A DNA stretch of 64,000 bases from a virus. Below are positions 48,127-58,813 of this stretch, one piece after another; the stretch's first letter is position 1; each line of letters starts with the position of its first letter. The stretch covers positions 1-64,000 of the IMG/VR virus record IMGVR_UViG_3300017991_000051. One strand, given 5' to 3'. Below the pieces are notes generated by a model. That model saw only the letters and a program-made list of their open reading frames with translations, searched no databases and was not told the DNA's origin. The translations under genes and the position numbers were made by a program.

Positions 48127-48208
48127 CTTATTTACCTCCAACCTGTGCAAAATATGCACAGGACCGGCCCGAAGGCCGGTCCCATGCGGTTATAGTCACT
48201 TGAACTGA

Positions 48209-49582
48209 CTATTGTGCTGCAGGTGTCCCTCCACGCAGCTGGCTCAGCTTCTCCATGGCCCCCTGCACGTCAGCGTCGTTGTTCGTCGCTGCCGCCGCGG
48301 GTTGTGCTGCTGCCGGTGCCTGCGCGGGTGCCCCGCCACCTGCTGCATGCAAGTCATCCGGCCTGATGTCGCGAGCGAAGCCGTTGTCGGCTGGCTCCGA
48401 GCCTTCAGGTGCCGGAGTGTTCGTATTGTCCCAATCGACAACCGCCGCACCGTCCGCTGCTGGCTGTGCGCCCTGCGCGGCTGGGGGTGGTACTGTCTGT
48501 GCCGGTTCGTCCGGCGACTGCGGGCCTGCGGCAGCCGCTTCAGGGCCACCCATAACCTGCACAGTCGCGTTCCCCTTCACGAAGTCCGGGAGGTACGCCG
48601 CGTAAGGACGCAGACACTGCAGAAGCAGCGCCGGCAGATCCTCATAGGCGCGAACGATCATGTCCACCATCTCCTTCTCGGAGAGGAATCGGATCGTCTT
48701 CTCCCATGGCGTGAACACCTGGCTTTCCACGGCGAACCGCAGTCTACCATCCGGCAGTCTCGGGAGTGGCAACGGCTGCCTGAGTTCGCACGCATAGCGC
48801 GCCAACGTCTGCTGTGACCGCTGCTGTTGGCCATTCCCCTTACCGGCATTACCCCAGTCGACGTTCTCGTTCGACGTCTCAGTGCCGGCATTGGCGTTGT
48901 AGAAAGATAGTATCCGGCCGGAATCAGCCCCGAGGATGTCGCCGCACACGAAGCGCTTATTGAAATCATCCGGGCTGCCGTTGTAACCTTCAACTTCCTT
49001 ATTCAGTGACTCCTCGAGCGCGATACACGCGGACTCGCTGAGCATCATGAGTGTCGGCAACTGCGGCCGAGTATAGTAGTCGTACGTCCCGTGTTTGAGC
49101 AGGACCGCCTGCACGAGGCCAAACGCCTTCAACTTCTTGGGAAGTGCAGGCCCTCGGTTCTGTGCTCCTTCGAGCAGGATATGCTTCAGCCGTCCGGTGG
49201 AGTCGTTCCACGCCGCCTTCTTCGCGCCGTCGATGAACTCGGTTACCGGTGTCGGATGAATATCCGTGTCCAGCGCATCGCCCGGACTGTCCGGATCTCC
49301 ATACGCGGGAATGAACGTCAGTGTACGCGCGGTACCGCCTTGGAAGATCGGTACGCGTACGATCCATGGACCGAAGTTGTTCTCTTCCGGGCCAAAGCGC
49401 CACGGAAGGAAGTCCTTCCCGTCCTCCGTGAGGGGACCGACCGGTCGGAAGTGGGTTTCCAACTTTACGTTCTTATCCCACTTCAGTTTCCAGATCGATC
49501 CTCGGTATTCCGAGGTTGTTACCAACATGCCCCGGGTACTTCTCTTCGTGTATGCCTGCGATGCGTCCTTATACGATTTCAT
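48209..49582 (-). CDS. putative single-stranded DNA-binding protein
   Basis: between polymerase and recombinase; low-complexity acidic/Ala-Pro C-terminal tail; largely positional inference. Confidence 0.4.
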   Translation of the reverse strand: MKSYKDASQAYTKRSTRGMLVTTSEYRGSIWKLKWDKNVKLETHFRPVGPLTEDGKDFLPWRFGPEENNFGPWIVRVPIFQGGTARTLTFIPAYGDPDSPGDALDTDIHPTPVTEFIDGAKKAAWNDSTGRLKHILLEGAQNRGPALPKKLKAFGLVQAVLLKHGTYDYYTRPQLPTLMMLSESACIALEESLNKEVEGYNGSPDDFNKRFVCGDILGADSGRILSFYNANAGTETSNENVDWGNAGKGNGQQQRSQQTLARYACELRQPLPLPRLPDGRLRFAVESQVFTPWEKTIRFLSEKEMVDMIVRAYEDLPALLLQCLRPYAAYLPDFVKGNATVQVMGGPEAAAAGPQSPDEPAQTVPPPAAQGAQPAADGAAVVDWDNTNTPAPEGSEPADNGFARDIRPDDLHAAGGGAPAQAPAAAQPAAAATNNDADVQGAMEKLSQLRGGTPAAQ

Positions 49583-49602
49583 CTTTTCCTCCGTTTTTTC
49601 AG

Positions 49603-52599
49603 TTACGCCGCATTCTTCAGTTCCAGTTTCGCTTCCTCGATTGCATCTTTCAGCTTCATCTTCTCACTCCAGCGTCGCATGACTTCAGTGTCAATATTGA
49701 TATGCAGTTTCGTATTCGGAATCCGCACGGATTTGGTCATGCATAACGGCAGGACCTCGTTGAGTACTTGATCCACCTCATCCAGTGGAGTATCCAAGAA
49801 GATCGCGTCGTGCACTGGGAGCACGATCTTGAACTTCATTCCCGCCTGTGCCCTGTACAGGAATACATTGTACAATGCCACGCTAAGCGCGTCGGCTACC
49901 GTCCCCTGAATAGGCATGTTCTGTGCCTGTCTCTCCTGCGACTTCAGCGTCCCGCTATCCTTCGTAGGATAGAAGTAGCGACGCCGGCCGTAGGCGTTTT
50001 CCACATAGCCCGGGTCGATTACTGCCGCATGACAGTCGGTCACGTAGTCCCGGACCTTTGGAAACTTCTCGAAGAAGTTGTTGATCAACATCTGCATCTT
50101 CGCCGAGTCGGCTTCGACGCCCTCGGTCATCGCCTGCCGGACCAGAGCGTTAGCTCCCCGCCCGTACGCGATTCCGAAGTTCACGTTCTTCGCCATCACC
50201 CGCTGCTTGGGATGCAGTTTCTTCACCTCGTTCGGCGCACAGCCCAGATTGAAGGCTGTAACCGCCATCTCCGAGTGCAGGTCCCGCGAGCTGTCGCTCA
50301 TCACCGCGATCATGTCCGGATCCCCGGACAGATGGGCCAGTACCTGCAACTCAGCCTGAACGTAATCCGCCTCGATCAGGATATGCCCCGGCGATGCCTG
50401 TAGGCAGCTCCGAAGCGAATAGTACCCCGGGTTAAGCAGACCGAGATCCTTAAGTTCCTGTACCTGCATACCACCCCACCCATGGGTGTCCAGCAGCTTC
50501 GGGAGGTTGGTGCTGAAAATCTGTATCAGCTCCGCCTCCTGCTTCTTCGGCAGGTTCTGCAGGTTGGGCTCCGATGACTTGTACCGGCCGGTGTCAGTCA
50601 GCTGGCTGACGCTCGTGCGGATACGTTTGTCGTGATCCACCTCGTACACCAGTCCGCCGTTCCATTCCAGCTCCCCCGTCTCCTTCGACGGTTCCGGCGG
50701 TCGCAGGAAGTTCTTGATGATCTGATCGACGAATCTCAGCTTCTGCAGCTTCTCCGCCAGCGGGTGCTCCGCCCCGTAGATCTGCAGCACCTCCGCGTCC
50801 GTAGACGGGAACACGAGGTTCTTATCGATGTCCTCGATGGGGACGCGGCCCCAGTCACGCGACGGCTTCTCCGTCGTCTTGATCGGATACAGCGAGAGCG
50901 TCATCGCCCCCTCCGGACGCTTGGGCTCCTTACCGAATGTACGGCTGAACAGGAACTCCCGCACGTTGTCGACCGATCGGAAGTTGAACAACGGCCACTT
51001 GATCTCCGTCTGGAAGTCGCTGACCATCGCATCGCGCTGGCGAACGAACAACTCCGTCAACCGCTTCATACGATCGCTGTCGCTGTAGACACCCACAGTC
51101 TCCACCTCATGGAGGGGAATGCCGCAAGGCTGCACCACGTACTGATACAGGTCCCACAGCGTACGTACTTGGACGCCGGGCAACAGCTCATACGGGTGTG
51201 TAACCGCTTGGGCCTGCAACTGCTCCTTGAGATGGTCCCAGCAACGCATTACCACATCGGTATCGGCAGGCGCATACACTGGGTTCAGCAGCTCATCGGG
51301 CACGAAGGCGAAACCATGCTTCCGCATCTTCCGCTTGCCGCTGTCGCTCTTCTTGGTCTTTGACTGCGACGTGTAACCGTTCTCCGACAGCCACTGTTTG
51401 ACCGGGAGGTCGTAACGTCCCATATCAGTAAAGCGTACTGCCAAGTTCTCCAACGCGTGCCCCTCCGCCGCCGGATGGCGCATATGGTACATCAGCATCG
51501 TATCCACGCCGTTCTTAAAGAACTGATCGCTGCAATCGATACCATACCGCTTCAACCACTTCAAGTCTCCGCGGAAGTTGTGGCCGCCTATCTGCACGTC
51601 GGGCAGACACATGATCCGCTTCAACTGCTCAACAGCCGCCTTCTCCTCGCAACACGTATCCGGATCGTACAGCAGGCCGCAGCGCCGGAGGATCACGCAG
51701 TAGGATCTGTGTGACGCCGGCGAGAACTGAATAGTCCTCAGCTTTCCCTTCAGATAATCCGCGCCGTTGAGACCGCCCCACTCGCAGTCTACGCCCAGCC
51801 GTTTCGGCTGATCGGGGTGTGCTTCCCACTCCGCGAGAATGCCGTCGACCACCTCCGTCAGTCTCCAAACGGACGTGATCTCCTCGTAATTGACCGGCGC
51901 CGCCTCCGGCACCGTGCCGTCCCCCCTCACAAGGCCCACGAATGTACGGAAGTCGCGCTCAAAGCCTGGGCGTAACTCCGGTGACTTCAGCACCGCTGCC
52001 GGGTGCGTGGTCACGAGCACGCGCGCTCCATTGTATGTCAGGTTGGTCGCGCCGCGGAACTTCTTGAGGGAAGAACCCTTCCCCATCACGGCCTTTACCG
52101 CGTCCGCGCCCAGCAGGAGTATGAACTCCGGCTCGAGCAACGCCAACTCCGCATCCAACAGGGGCTTGCACTCCTTCAGCCACGCGGCCTTCAACGTCTT
52201 GGCACCGTACGGCGGCATGAACCGAACCACGTTCGTTGTATACCAGTCGTCGTATTCGACGTTCAGGCTGCTCAGCACCTCACGTATCAGCTCCCCACTG
52301 GGGCCGACGAATAGCTCACGCTTTGATTGCTCTTCGCGCCACGGCATCTTCCCGATGATAACCACTTTTGAAGGCTTCTTCAGGTCGGGCCCGCGCCTGC
52401 CGCCCAGCGTATTGCCGGGGAGGAACGTGACGTTGGTCGTGTTCCCCATCTTGTCCGTCGTCGGCAAATCGACTGCATTGTACAGCATCTTGCACGTAAA
52501 GGTCTCGATATCGACGCCCGCCAACTCAGCGCCGGCGGTAACCAATGGACCGTATCTTATCCCCGCCTCCGGCGCTTCGTCTTTTTTCTTCTTAGCCAT
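49603..52599 (-). CDS. polA: family A DNA polymerase with N-terminal uracil-DNA glycosylase-like domain and 3'-5' exonuclease
   Basis: UDG-like (FVGPSG, TNVV, LLGADA, THPAAVL); exo DCE, HNFRGD, YAPAD; TGRYKSSEPNLQN; motif A DYVQAEL, B AKNVNFGIAYG, C VHDA. Confidence 0.93.
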   Translation of the reverse strand: MAKKKKDEAPEAGIRYGPLVTAGAELAGVDIETFTCKMLYNAVDLPTTDKMGNTTNVTFLPGNTLGGRRGPDLKKPSKVVIIGKMPWREEQSKRELFVGPSGELIREVLSSLNVEYDDWYTTNVVRFMPPYGAKTLKAAWLKECKPLLDAELALLEPEFILLLGADAVKAVMGKGSSLKKFRGATNLTYNGARVLVTTHPAAVLKSPELRPGFERDFRTFVGLVRGDGTVPEAAPVNYEEITSVWRLTEVVDGILAEWEAHPDQPKRLGVDCEWGGLNGADYLKGKLRTIQFSPASHRSYCVILRRCGLLYDPDTCCEEKAAVEQLKRIMCLPDVQIGGHNFRGDLKWLKRYGIDCSDQFFKNGVDTMLMYHMRHPAAEGHALENLAVRFTDMGRYDLPVKQWLSENGYTSQSKTKKSDSGKRKMRKHGFAFVPDELLNPVYAPADTDVVMRCWDHLKEQLQAQAVTHPYELLPGVQVRTLWDLYQYVVQPCGIPLHEVETVGVYSDSDRMKRLTELFVRQRDAMVSDFQTEIKWPLFNFRSVDNVREFLFSRTFGKEPKRPEGAMTLSLYPIKTTEKPSRDWGRVPIEDIDKNLVFPSTDAEVLQIYGAEHPLAEKLQKLRFVDQIIKNFLRPPEPSKETGELEWNGGLVYEVDHDKRIRTSVSQLTDTGRYKSSEPNLQNLPKKQEAELIQIFSTNLPKLLDTHGWGGMQVQELKDLGLLNPGYYSLRSCLQASPGHILIEADYVQAELQVLAHLSGDPDMIAVMSDSSRDLHSEMAVTAFNLGCAPNEVKKLHPKQRVMAKNVNFGIAYGRGANALVRQAMTEGVEADSAKMQMLINNFFEKFPKVRDYVTDCHAAVIDPGYVENAYGRRRYFYPTKDSGTLKSQERQAQNMPIQGTVADALSVALYNVFLYRAQAGMKFKIVLPVHDAIFLDTPLDEVDQVLNEVLPLCMTKSVRIPNTKLHINIDTEVMRRWSEKMKLKDAIEEAKLELKNAA

Positions 52600-52600
52600 G

Positions 52601-52942
52601 TTATCCTCGTATGAATTTGCTCGTTTCTATCCACATGTGAATAGCTTTCTTTCGTGACGGCTGCAGGCTCGCATGATTCGGGCCCATCCAGCCGCACTTC
52701 GGACAGCGGACCTGCCACCAGCCGGTCCATGGCCCCTTCGCCACCTCCTCCACGATCGGTTCGGTACGACACAGCTTGCATCGTCCCGGCTCCTCATCGG
52801 GTACCTCCGGAGGACGTCTACGTGACTTCGCATTGCATCCGGGGCACCGTTCGAACTGCTTAACGCTCTCGTATATGTAACCCTTCTTGCACGCGAGACA
52901 GCGTATATAGATGTCACCGTAGTGCTCGTACCACTTAGGCAT
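52601..52942 (-). CDS. small double Zn-finger protein
   Basis: CLAC..CPGC..CKLC..CPKC; AGGAGG SD. Confidence 0.55.
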   Translation of the reverse strand: MPKWYEHYGDIYIRCLACKKGYIYESVKQFERCPGCNAKSRRRPPEVPDEEPGRCKLCRTEPIVEEVAKGPWTGWWQVRCPKCGWMGPNHASLQPSRKKAIHMWIETSKFIRG

Positions 52943-54008
52943 TCTGACCACCTCCTCGCAACAGCGCGGTAAGCATCTCCCACAGGGTGTCAGACGGCAT
53001 ATCGCCGACGTCCTTGCCCTTCGGAAGAGGCAGTACGCAATACCGTTTCCAGCTGCGCAACCACTCCGCGAGATCGTTGGTCTCCGCCGTCGCATCCGGA
53101 TCCAGTGCCAGTACAGCCGTACCGCCCTTCGATCCCCAATGCTCGTACAGTAGTTGGCGTTGCGTATGCGACGCCGCCTTCCCGAACAGGGCCACTCCAT
53201 ACTCCGGACCGACCCGTATCGCATCCAGCGGACCCTCGCAGACGACCACCAGCTCCGGATGGTTCCGCGCGCGGTAGCCGTTGTACAGTGTCTGCGACTT
53301 ACGCGTTCCCGGCACAGTGAAGTACTTCGCCGCATCCTTCGGCGACTTCGCCGTCAGGTCGCGCAGGTCCATCCAGCGGGCCTGCCCTCCCATGAGCACG
53401 ACCTCACCCGTGTCGTCCACATCGTACAGCGGGAAGAACAGCCGATTGTCGGGCGGCAGGACGAGACTGAAGTCGCACCATGACACACCCCACTGGCTAC
53501 CCAGCTCCCCTATGTCGAACCGCCGGACGTCGCGCATGTAGCGCACCGCCGCGTGCTGTTCCGGGAGCTTGTCTATCCGTATGAAGTTACCTTCCACGGC
53601 CGGCCGCTGGTTCGGATCGAAATCAGTATCCGCTTCCGCGGCCTTGATCGCACGTTCCGGCGGTGCCGTATACCCGGCAACGATATTCTTCAGCTTCGTT
53701 CGGAAACCTTCTTCGTGCTGCTCACAATGCTCATTGTAGCAGACGACGAGGTGATCCAGGGAAACCCCGCTGAGATGCGTGCCCCACCGGTGGTTGACCC
53801 ACAGACGGAACCGCGCATCCCCGCAGAACGGACAGGAGACGCGATAGTACTCGCCGGCGCCGCCGGGAGCGACCTCAACGCGCTTCCTGTTCTGATAGGC
53901 GAGATCCTGCACTACGCGTGCGCGTAGGGGCGCTCCCTGATTCGAGACCCTCACGTCGCCGAACACGTTGAGGAGGGCCGTATACAGTGAAATGTTCAGT
54001 ACCTTCAT
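52935..54008 (-). CDS. DNA primase (Zn-binding + TOPRIM)
   Basis: CPFCGD, VCEGPLDA, ALFG, ALDPDA, KDVGD. Confidence 0.88.
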   Translation of the reverse strand: MKVLNISLYTALLNVFGDVRVSNQGAPLRARVVQDLAYQNRKRVEVAPGGAGEYYRVSCPFCGDARFRLWVNHRWGTHLSGVSLDHLVVCYNEHCEQHEEGFRTKLKNIVAGYTAPPERAIKAAEADTDFDPNQRPAVEGNFIRIDKLPEQHAAVRYMRDVRRFDIGELGSQWGVSWCDFSLVLPPDNRLFFPLYDVDDTGEVVLMGGQARWMDLRDLTAKSPKDAAKYFTVPGTRKSQTLYNGYRARNHPELVVVCEGPLDAIRVGPEYGVALFGKAASHTQRQLLYEHWGSKGGTAVLALDPDATAETNDLAEWLRSWKRYCVLPLPKGKDVGDMPSDTLWEMLTALLRGGGQNA

Positions 54009-55486
54009 CTTACGTCGTCATCCGTTATCGCCAGTCTGCGCCGCTTCTTCTTCTCGTCGTGCTTTGCTACCGACTCCAGATTACGGCTGGCTTCCTCACT
54101 GGAGCGACGGATGAACATACCGCCCGTGAACTCAAACATGTTCTCCGCCCAATTAAACTGCCAATACTCCGGATCCAGCTCAACGATAAGCGCCTGCTCG
54201 TCATCCTCGCGCGCTTTCGGTGACGCCAGCCAGCAACGCCGGTTGTGGTCCTGCGTGCCCAGCTGTACGCAAAAGTGAAGATTGTTATCGAACGACCGGT
54301 CCTCCGCCGCATCGCCCTTCTTCGGACGCCGGCTCGGAGACGCGGACTTCACCTCACTCCGGACCTGATGGAGGATGAATACGCAGCAGTTCATCTGGCT
54401 GGTCTGCGCCATCTCCCGGAGCTGCTCGATAAACAACTGCATGAAGATGCGCCGATTGTTAATGTCCTCGTTATGTGCGAGGATCCAACTGTCAACCATA
54501 GCTAGGAGCTGATCGATGATAACCACATCGATATGCTCGCCGCGGTCGTGATAGTACTTCAGCTGACTACGTAGCTCCTGCACGCCGCCAGACCCGGTGC
54601 CGTGGATGACATCCTTCTTCATATCGCAAGCTTTGATACGATGGCCGTATGCCCCCAACGCTTCCGCCAACTGCACACGATACGACTCAGGCAAGCCGTT
54701 CACGTCCTTGATGTTCTTCATCGCGTTGCGTGGGATATCCCCCGCGTAACCGTACAACTTGTTGGTCACCTGCGGGATCAGCTCAGTCTCGTAGGAGAAG
54801 AAGCCCGCGTACCGGCCATGACGCGCCACGTCGATCGTAATCGCGCTGCCCAGCGTGGTCTTCCCCCCGCCCGTAGGTCCGAGGATTCCATACACTTCGC
54901 CGGCGGATGTTCCGCCGCCCAGCAACTTATCTATACACTCCACGTGTGTGGGTACGCGCTCGGTATTCTTGAACGTGATCCCCGTGGGTGTGAACATATC
55001 GTCTAGGATCTGCGCGGTCGCCACCCGTGTTGATGCGTGTGTCGTCCGCAACGTTTCCAACTGCTTTTCGAAGTCACTACCGGCGGCTGAAAGCATAAGA
55101 CCTTGTGCCGCGGGCCTAACTCTACGCTCGTCCAGAAACTCCTGTGCGTACTTGATCATCTTCGTCGGGACGAACAGCTCATCCGGAAATGAGTATATGC
55201 CGTTGATGTCAAGGTACAGGCTCTGCACCTCACTATCCATCATCGCCCCCGGCGCGTTGTGCAGCCGCTGACGCACGTGCATCTCGAGATACTCTCTCGG
55301 TATCGTCTTGTTCTCTGACGCATACCACTCGTGCGAGATGGCCCACAACATACGGTAGCCCTGCTCGCCGGCACGGTGGAAGTCGTCAGGCTTCAGAATG
55401 TCCTGAAGCTTCTGTATCACCGGCGCACACCGTATCAGGTGCGCGACGAACAGTAACGTAAACTTAGGGTCATCAACTATCGCCAC
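54005..55486 (-). CDS. DnaB-like replicative helicase
   Basis: GPTGGGKT, FSYE, VIIDQL, LHQ. Confidence 0.85.
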   Translation of the reverse strand: MAIVDDPKFTLLFVAHLIRCAPVIQKLQDILKPDDFHRAGEQGYRMLWAISHEWYASENKTIPREYLEMHVRQRLHNAPGAMMDSEVQSLYLDINGIYSFPDELFVPTKMIKYAQEFLDERRVRPAAQGLMLSAAGSDFEKQLETLRTTHASTRVATAQILDDMFTPTGITFKNTERVPTHVECIDKLLGGGTSAGEVYGILGPTGGGKTTLGSAITIDVARHGRYAGFFSYETELIPQVTNKLYGYAGDIPRNAMKNIKDVNGLPESYRVQLAEALGAYGHRIKACDMKKDVIHGTGSGGVQELRSQLKYYHDRGEHIDVVIIDQLLAMVDSWILAHNEDINNRRIFMQLFIEQLREMAQTSQMNCCVFILHQVRSEVKSASPSRRPKKGDAAEDRSFDNNLHFCVQLGTQDHNRRCWLASPKAREDDEQALIVELDPEYWQFNWAENMFEFTGGMFIRRSSEEASRNLESVAKHDEKKKRRRLAITDDDVR

Positions 55487-56072
55487 GACTGAACACCTCC
55501 GGGTACGCCGATGTGTATACTTGACGATGCATCGGACGCTTGTACAATTCCATGGCCGGCTTCTCGAACCGGTCGACTATCTCCTGGAGCCCTGCCTTCT
55601 TCGCCGTGCACCAGATGAACAGTGAGCTGAATCCAGCCTTGGGATCCAGTAGGATCTTCGACAGCGGGATGTCGAGCGCCAGCTCGTCATGTATACGACG
55701 CAAGCTGCGTTGAATATCGCCCTCGATCTCATCCTTCTGTTTGGGGTTGTTGACGCGGCGGTGGTAGATACTGAGCGCGCTCTGACCAACAAGGCAGTTC
55801 CAACGCACGTGCGCGCCGTACTCCTCCGCAACCGCCAACACGAACATCTCCGGGTCGATATCGTTCTCGATCACCATCATAGCGACCTCGCGCCAGCTCA
55901 TCCTGCGTGTGCCGGCGCTCATTCGATACCCGGGCGTTATCGCCCTCCGAACGCCTATGAATGTGTTGCGGATGATTTCCACAACCTCATCCAGTTGATC
56001 CGGCACCATCTGGTGCCGAATCAGCCAGTCGTCCATAGTGGCCTGCTGCTTCAAGCGCTTCCTCGTATCCAA
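55473..56072 (-). CDS. hypothetical protein
   Basis: 199-aa ORF, AGGAG SD. Confidence 0.6.
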   Translation of the reverse strand: MDTRKRLKQQATMDDWLIRHQMVPDQLDEVVEIIRNTFIGVRRAITPGYRMSAGTRRMSWREVAMMVIENDIDPEMFVLAVAEEYGAHVRWNCLVGQSALSIYHRRVNNPKQKDEIEGDIQRSLRRIHDELALDIPLSKILLDPKAGFSSLFIWCTAKKAGLQEIVDRFEKPAMELYKRPMHRQVYTSAYPEVFSRGDS

Positions 56073-56084
56073 CAGCTCCTCCTG

Positions 56085-56747
56085 TTATCGGCAATATTCG
56101 TCGTACAGGTATATCCTGTCCAATGACATTTCCTGGTAGTTGGCACTGAGCGTCTTCGGCATAGCCGCTAATATCTGCGGCACGCGATAGGGTTCGCTGC
56201 CGGCCTTGTACCATTTTCGACGAATGCCCACCCACGTGTAGAAATAGACGTACGCGTTTGCATACTGCGCGTACTCTCCAGTATCCAGCGGGAGCGAGAA
56301 GCGTTTGATGTTCTCCAGTGTACGCCGTTCGCAATCCCACTCACATGCCTGCGTCCGCTTGATGATCTTCAGAAGCTTCTTCCGTGAGAATTTCTTCCCA
56401 CCCAACCAATCGAACAGCAGCCCGGAAGAGTCCTCGCCGCCCACGTAACCCTCACGCCACAACGGCGCATTGAAGCGCCACTGCTCGAAGTGCGAGTACT
56501 CATGGACGAGGACCTTCAACCACAATGACATCCGATGGTTGGTAGCCACCGCCAGTGTATGGGGCGGCTCAGTATCGAAAAAGCCGTTGATGCGCTCACC
56601 CTCACAAGCTACTGTCTTTGTGGGGGTCAGCTGCAGCGTAACGCCTGCTTGCTTCGTTTCGTTGTACACGTGTAGCAGGAACTGCTTCACGTCCATATCA
56701 CGAACGCGTGACCACTTCCAGCCACGTATCTTCGGATACTTCCTCAT
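56085..56747 (-). CDS. HExxH metallopeptidase-like phage protein
   Basis: LVHEYSHFEQW...EWDCE. Confidence 0.65.
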   Translation of the reverse strand: MRKYPKIRGWKWSRVRDMDVKQFLLHVYNETKQAGVTLQLTPTKTVACEGERINGFFDTEPPHTLAVATNHRMSLWLKVLVHEYSHFEQWRFNAPLWREGYVGGEDSSGLLFDWLGGKKFSRKKLLKIIKRTQACEWDCERRTLENIKRFSLPLDTGEYAQYANAYVYFYTWVGIRRKWYKAGSEPYRVPQILAAMPKTLSANYQEMSLDRIYLYDEYCR

Positions 56748-58204
56748 AAATCAGCCCCTTTCACGATTTCCCACTTGTTCTTCCTGTACGTTGTCATTCG
56801 TCGCTTGGCGCGACTATTGGCCCACGTATCCCACTGGTCGATCGAATCGATCAGCAAACCGAACTCCTTGTCGTCGTGCAGCCTGCTGTTGCGTCCGCCC
56901 CACTGCGTGGCCGTAATAGGACTCGGCTCGCCGGACATGTTCGCCACGACGTCTAGGTGAACGAAGTCAACGCCCTCGCCCCAGCATCCGGTGGCGATGA
57001 CGCTCCGCAGCCTGCCATCCTCGAAGTCCTTGAGCATATTGTCGCGTTGCGCGGTCGTCAGCGGCTTGAAACCGTCCGGTAACAGGCCCTGCGCGCGCAG
57101 CGCAGACTGCCTGCCCTTGTCCATGCCGGCGTATACGACCTCGAAACCCGGCAGGTGTCGAGCCATCCGGAACGCGTGCTCCGTAGTCTCCGTCAGAACC
57201 AGTGTCTGCGGGTTCTTGATCCCGCACTTCTCCGGCCATGTGAGGAGAGCATTCGCGAATCGCGAATTGCGAACCTCGTTGCGCCAGTAGCACCAACGCT
57301 TTTTCGCCGGCTTGGTCTTCCGATCGCAGCTACGGATACGACAGCAGCCGGACGGCATATCCACCATCGCTACCTTGATCTTCGCGATCAGGCCGTGCTC
57401 TGCCGCCTCCTCGTACGGGATCCGGTAGATTATCGGACCGAGTAACACCTCCATCGACAGGTCCGCCCCGTCCGAACGGCCTTTGGGCGTCGCCGTCATC
57501 CCGAATATCTTGACGGGATTCCGGATACGCGCGATGTCGCCGGATATCCTCGGCGCGGCCACCCTGTGACATTCGTCAATCAGGAGGATGTCGCACTGCT
57601 CGGGATTGGCGTGCATGATACTCTGGTAGGTACTGAGCGTAACGCGCCGCGGATCCTTCTGTCCGCCGCCGACACGTCCCACCTGTGTCGTAATGTTCAG
57701 CATACGTCGGTAGGTCCCGCGCAGTAGCGCCGTGGACGGCGAGGCCATGATGATATTCGCCTTCGGATACAACGCCGCGAGCGCCAGCATGATGAACGTC
57801 TTTCCGTACGCCGTCGGCGCTACGATCACGCCGCTCCCCTTCCCGATCAGATGGGCGAGAATCTCGTCCTGCTTCAGTCGGAACTGTAGCTCCGGCATGC
57901 ACATCTTCAGATGCTCGTAATCCGGCTCCAGATTACGCTCCGATCGTAGATCCTCGTACACGCATGGCACCTTGTAGCGCTTGAATGTATCAATGACGAG
58001 CTGCAACGCGCCCTGCGTGGTGTAAAGCTTGTTCCCATCCACGCGGTACAGGTCACGTTTACGAATGAGCATACTGCGATCGGCAGCATGTGGGTCGTAG
58101 TTCATGTACCGATGGTTGTAGCTGAGTACAGGATCCAGCAGGTCCTGCATGGCGGGAATGATTTCCAAGACGTTGCCCGAGCGCCTGATCCTTACTGGCT
58201 CCAT
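56744..58204 (-). CDS. superfamily 2 DNA helicase (UvsW-like)
   Basis: APTAYGKT, DECH, GMTATP, EGVD, QWGGRNSR. Confidence 0.9.
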   Translation of the reverse strand: MEPVRIRRSGNVLEIIPAMQDLLDPVLSYNHRYMNYDPHAADRSMLIRKRDLYRVDGNKLYTTQGALQLVIDTFKRYKVPCVYEDLRSERNLEPDYEHLKMCMPELQFRLKQDEILAHLIGKGSGVIVAPTAYGKTFIMLALAALYPKANIIMASPSTALLRGTYRRMLNITTQVGRVGGGQKDPRRVTLSTYQSIMHANPEQCDILLIDECHRVAAPRISGDIARIRNPVKIFGMTATPKGRSDGADLSMEVLLGPIIYRIPYEEAAEHGLIAKIKVAMVDMPSGCCRIRSCDRKTKPAKKRWCYWRNEVRNSRFANALLTWPEKCGIKNPQTLVLTETTEHAFRMARHLPGFEVVYAGMDKGRQSALRAQGLLPDGFKPLTTAQRDNMLKDFEDGRLRSVIATGCWGEGVDFVHLDVVANMSGEPSPITATQWGGRNSRLHDDKEFGLLIDSIDQWDTWANSRAKRRMTTYRKNKWEIVKGADL

Positions 58205-58208
58205 GTGG

Positions 58209-58685
58209 TTACGACTCCTCCTGTGCCGGATGGTCGGCTTTCGCAAACGGTGCGGGCTGTGTCAAGGCCGAAACCTCAAACCGTCCGTACCCGTCCTGCC
58301 AGCCGTAGGGGGAAATACCCCTATACTCCCCGGCCAAATTGATGATGGTCCTGAATTCATTCGGCGGCAGACCGTTGGGCAGCATCGCCCTGATCACGAT
58401 TTCGTCGCCCGTCATAAATGCTTCATGCTCCGTCCACCTGTTCGCCGCGTAGAAGCGTTTGAACCGCTGGACGTGCCCCTCGATACGCGAGTTCATACGC
58501 ACCTGTCGCACCAGCTTCTGATGCTTGCCGAACGCCTTGGCCCCGTACACGAGGATTCTCCGCCACCAACTGGCCATGAATATGACGGCGCCGCTTCCAT
58601 CACGCTCGAACCGATCGTAGTCCGGCCGGCGGATGCCGCCGAGGCAGGGAGTTATGAATTTGATCTTGACTGCAACTTCTTTCAT
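58209..58685 (-). CDS. small RAMP/Cas7-like protein
   Basis: KIKFITPCLGG, C-terminal AGEYRGISPYG...GYGRFEV Gly-rich loop. Confidence 0.65.
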   Translation of the reverse strand: MKEVAVKIKFITPCLGGIRRPDYDRFERDGSGAVIFMASWWRRILVYGAKAFGKHQKLVRQVRMNSRIEGHVQRFKRFYAANRWTEHEAFMTGDEIVIRAMLPNGLPPNEFRTIINLAGEYRGISPYGWQDGYGRFEVSALTQPAPFAKADHPAQEES

Positions 58686-58712
58686 TGTCGTCTTTCTCCC
58701 TCGCGGGTGTGT

Positions 58713-58803
58713 GGACGGCGTGGCATGACGCCCCACCGTCCCCCCGCATCGCGTAGCTGCGCCTCGCCGTGCCGGGCCTAGCCCCGCCTGGCTATGCAGC
58801 GTT
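58713..58803 (-). ncRNA. single GGY-NN pentamer guide-like RNA with 3' structure
   Basis: 11 in-phase pentamers tgcAT agcCA ggcGG ggcTA ggcCC ggcAC ggcGA ggcGC agcTA cgcGA tgcGG, then the ggacgg...ccgtcc stem. Confidence 0.75.
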
Positions 58804-58813
58804 TATTCAAAAA

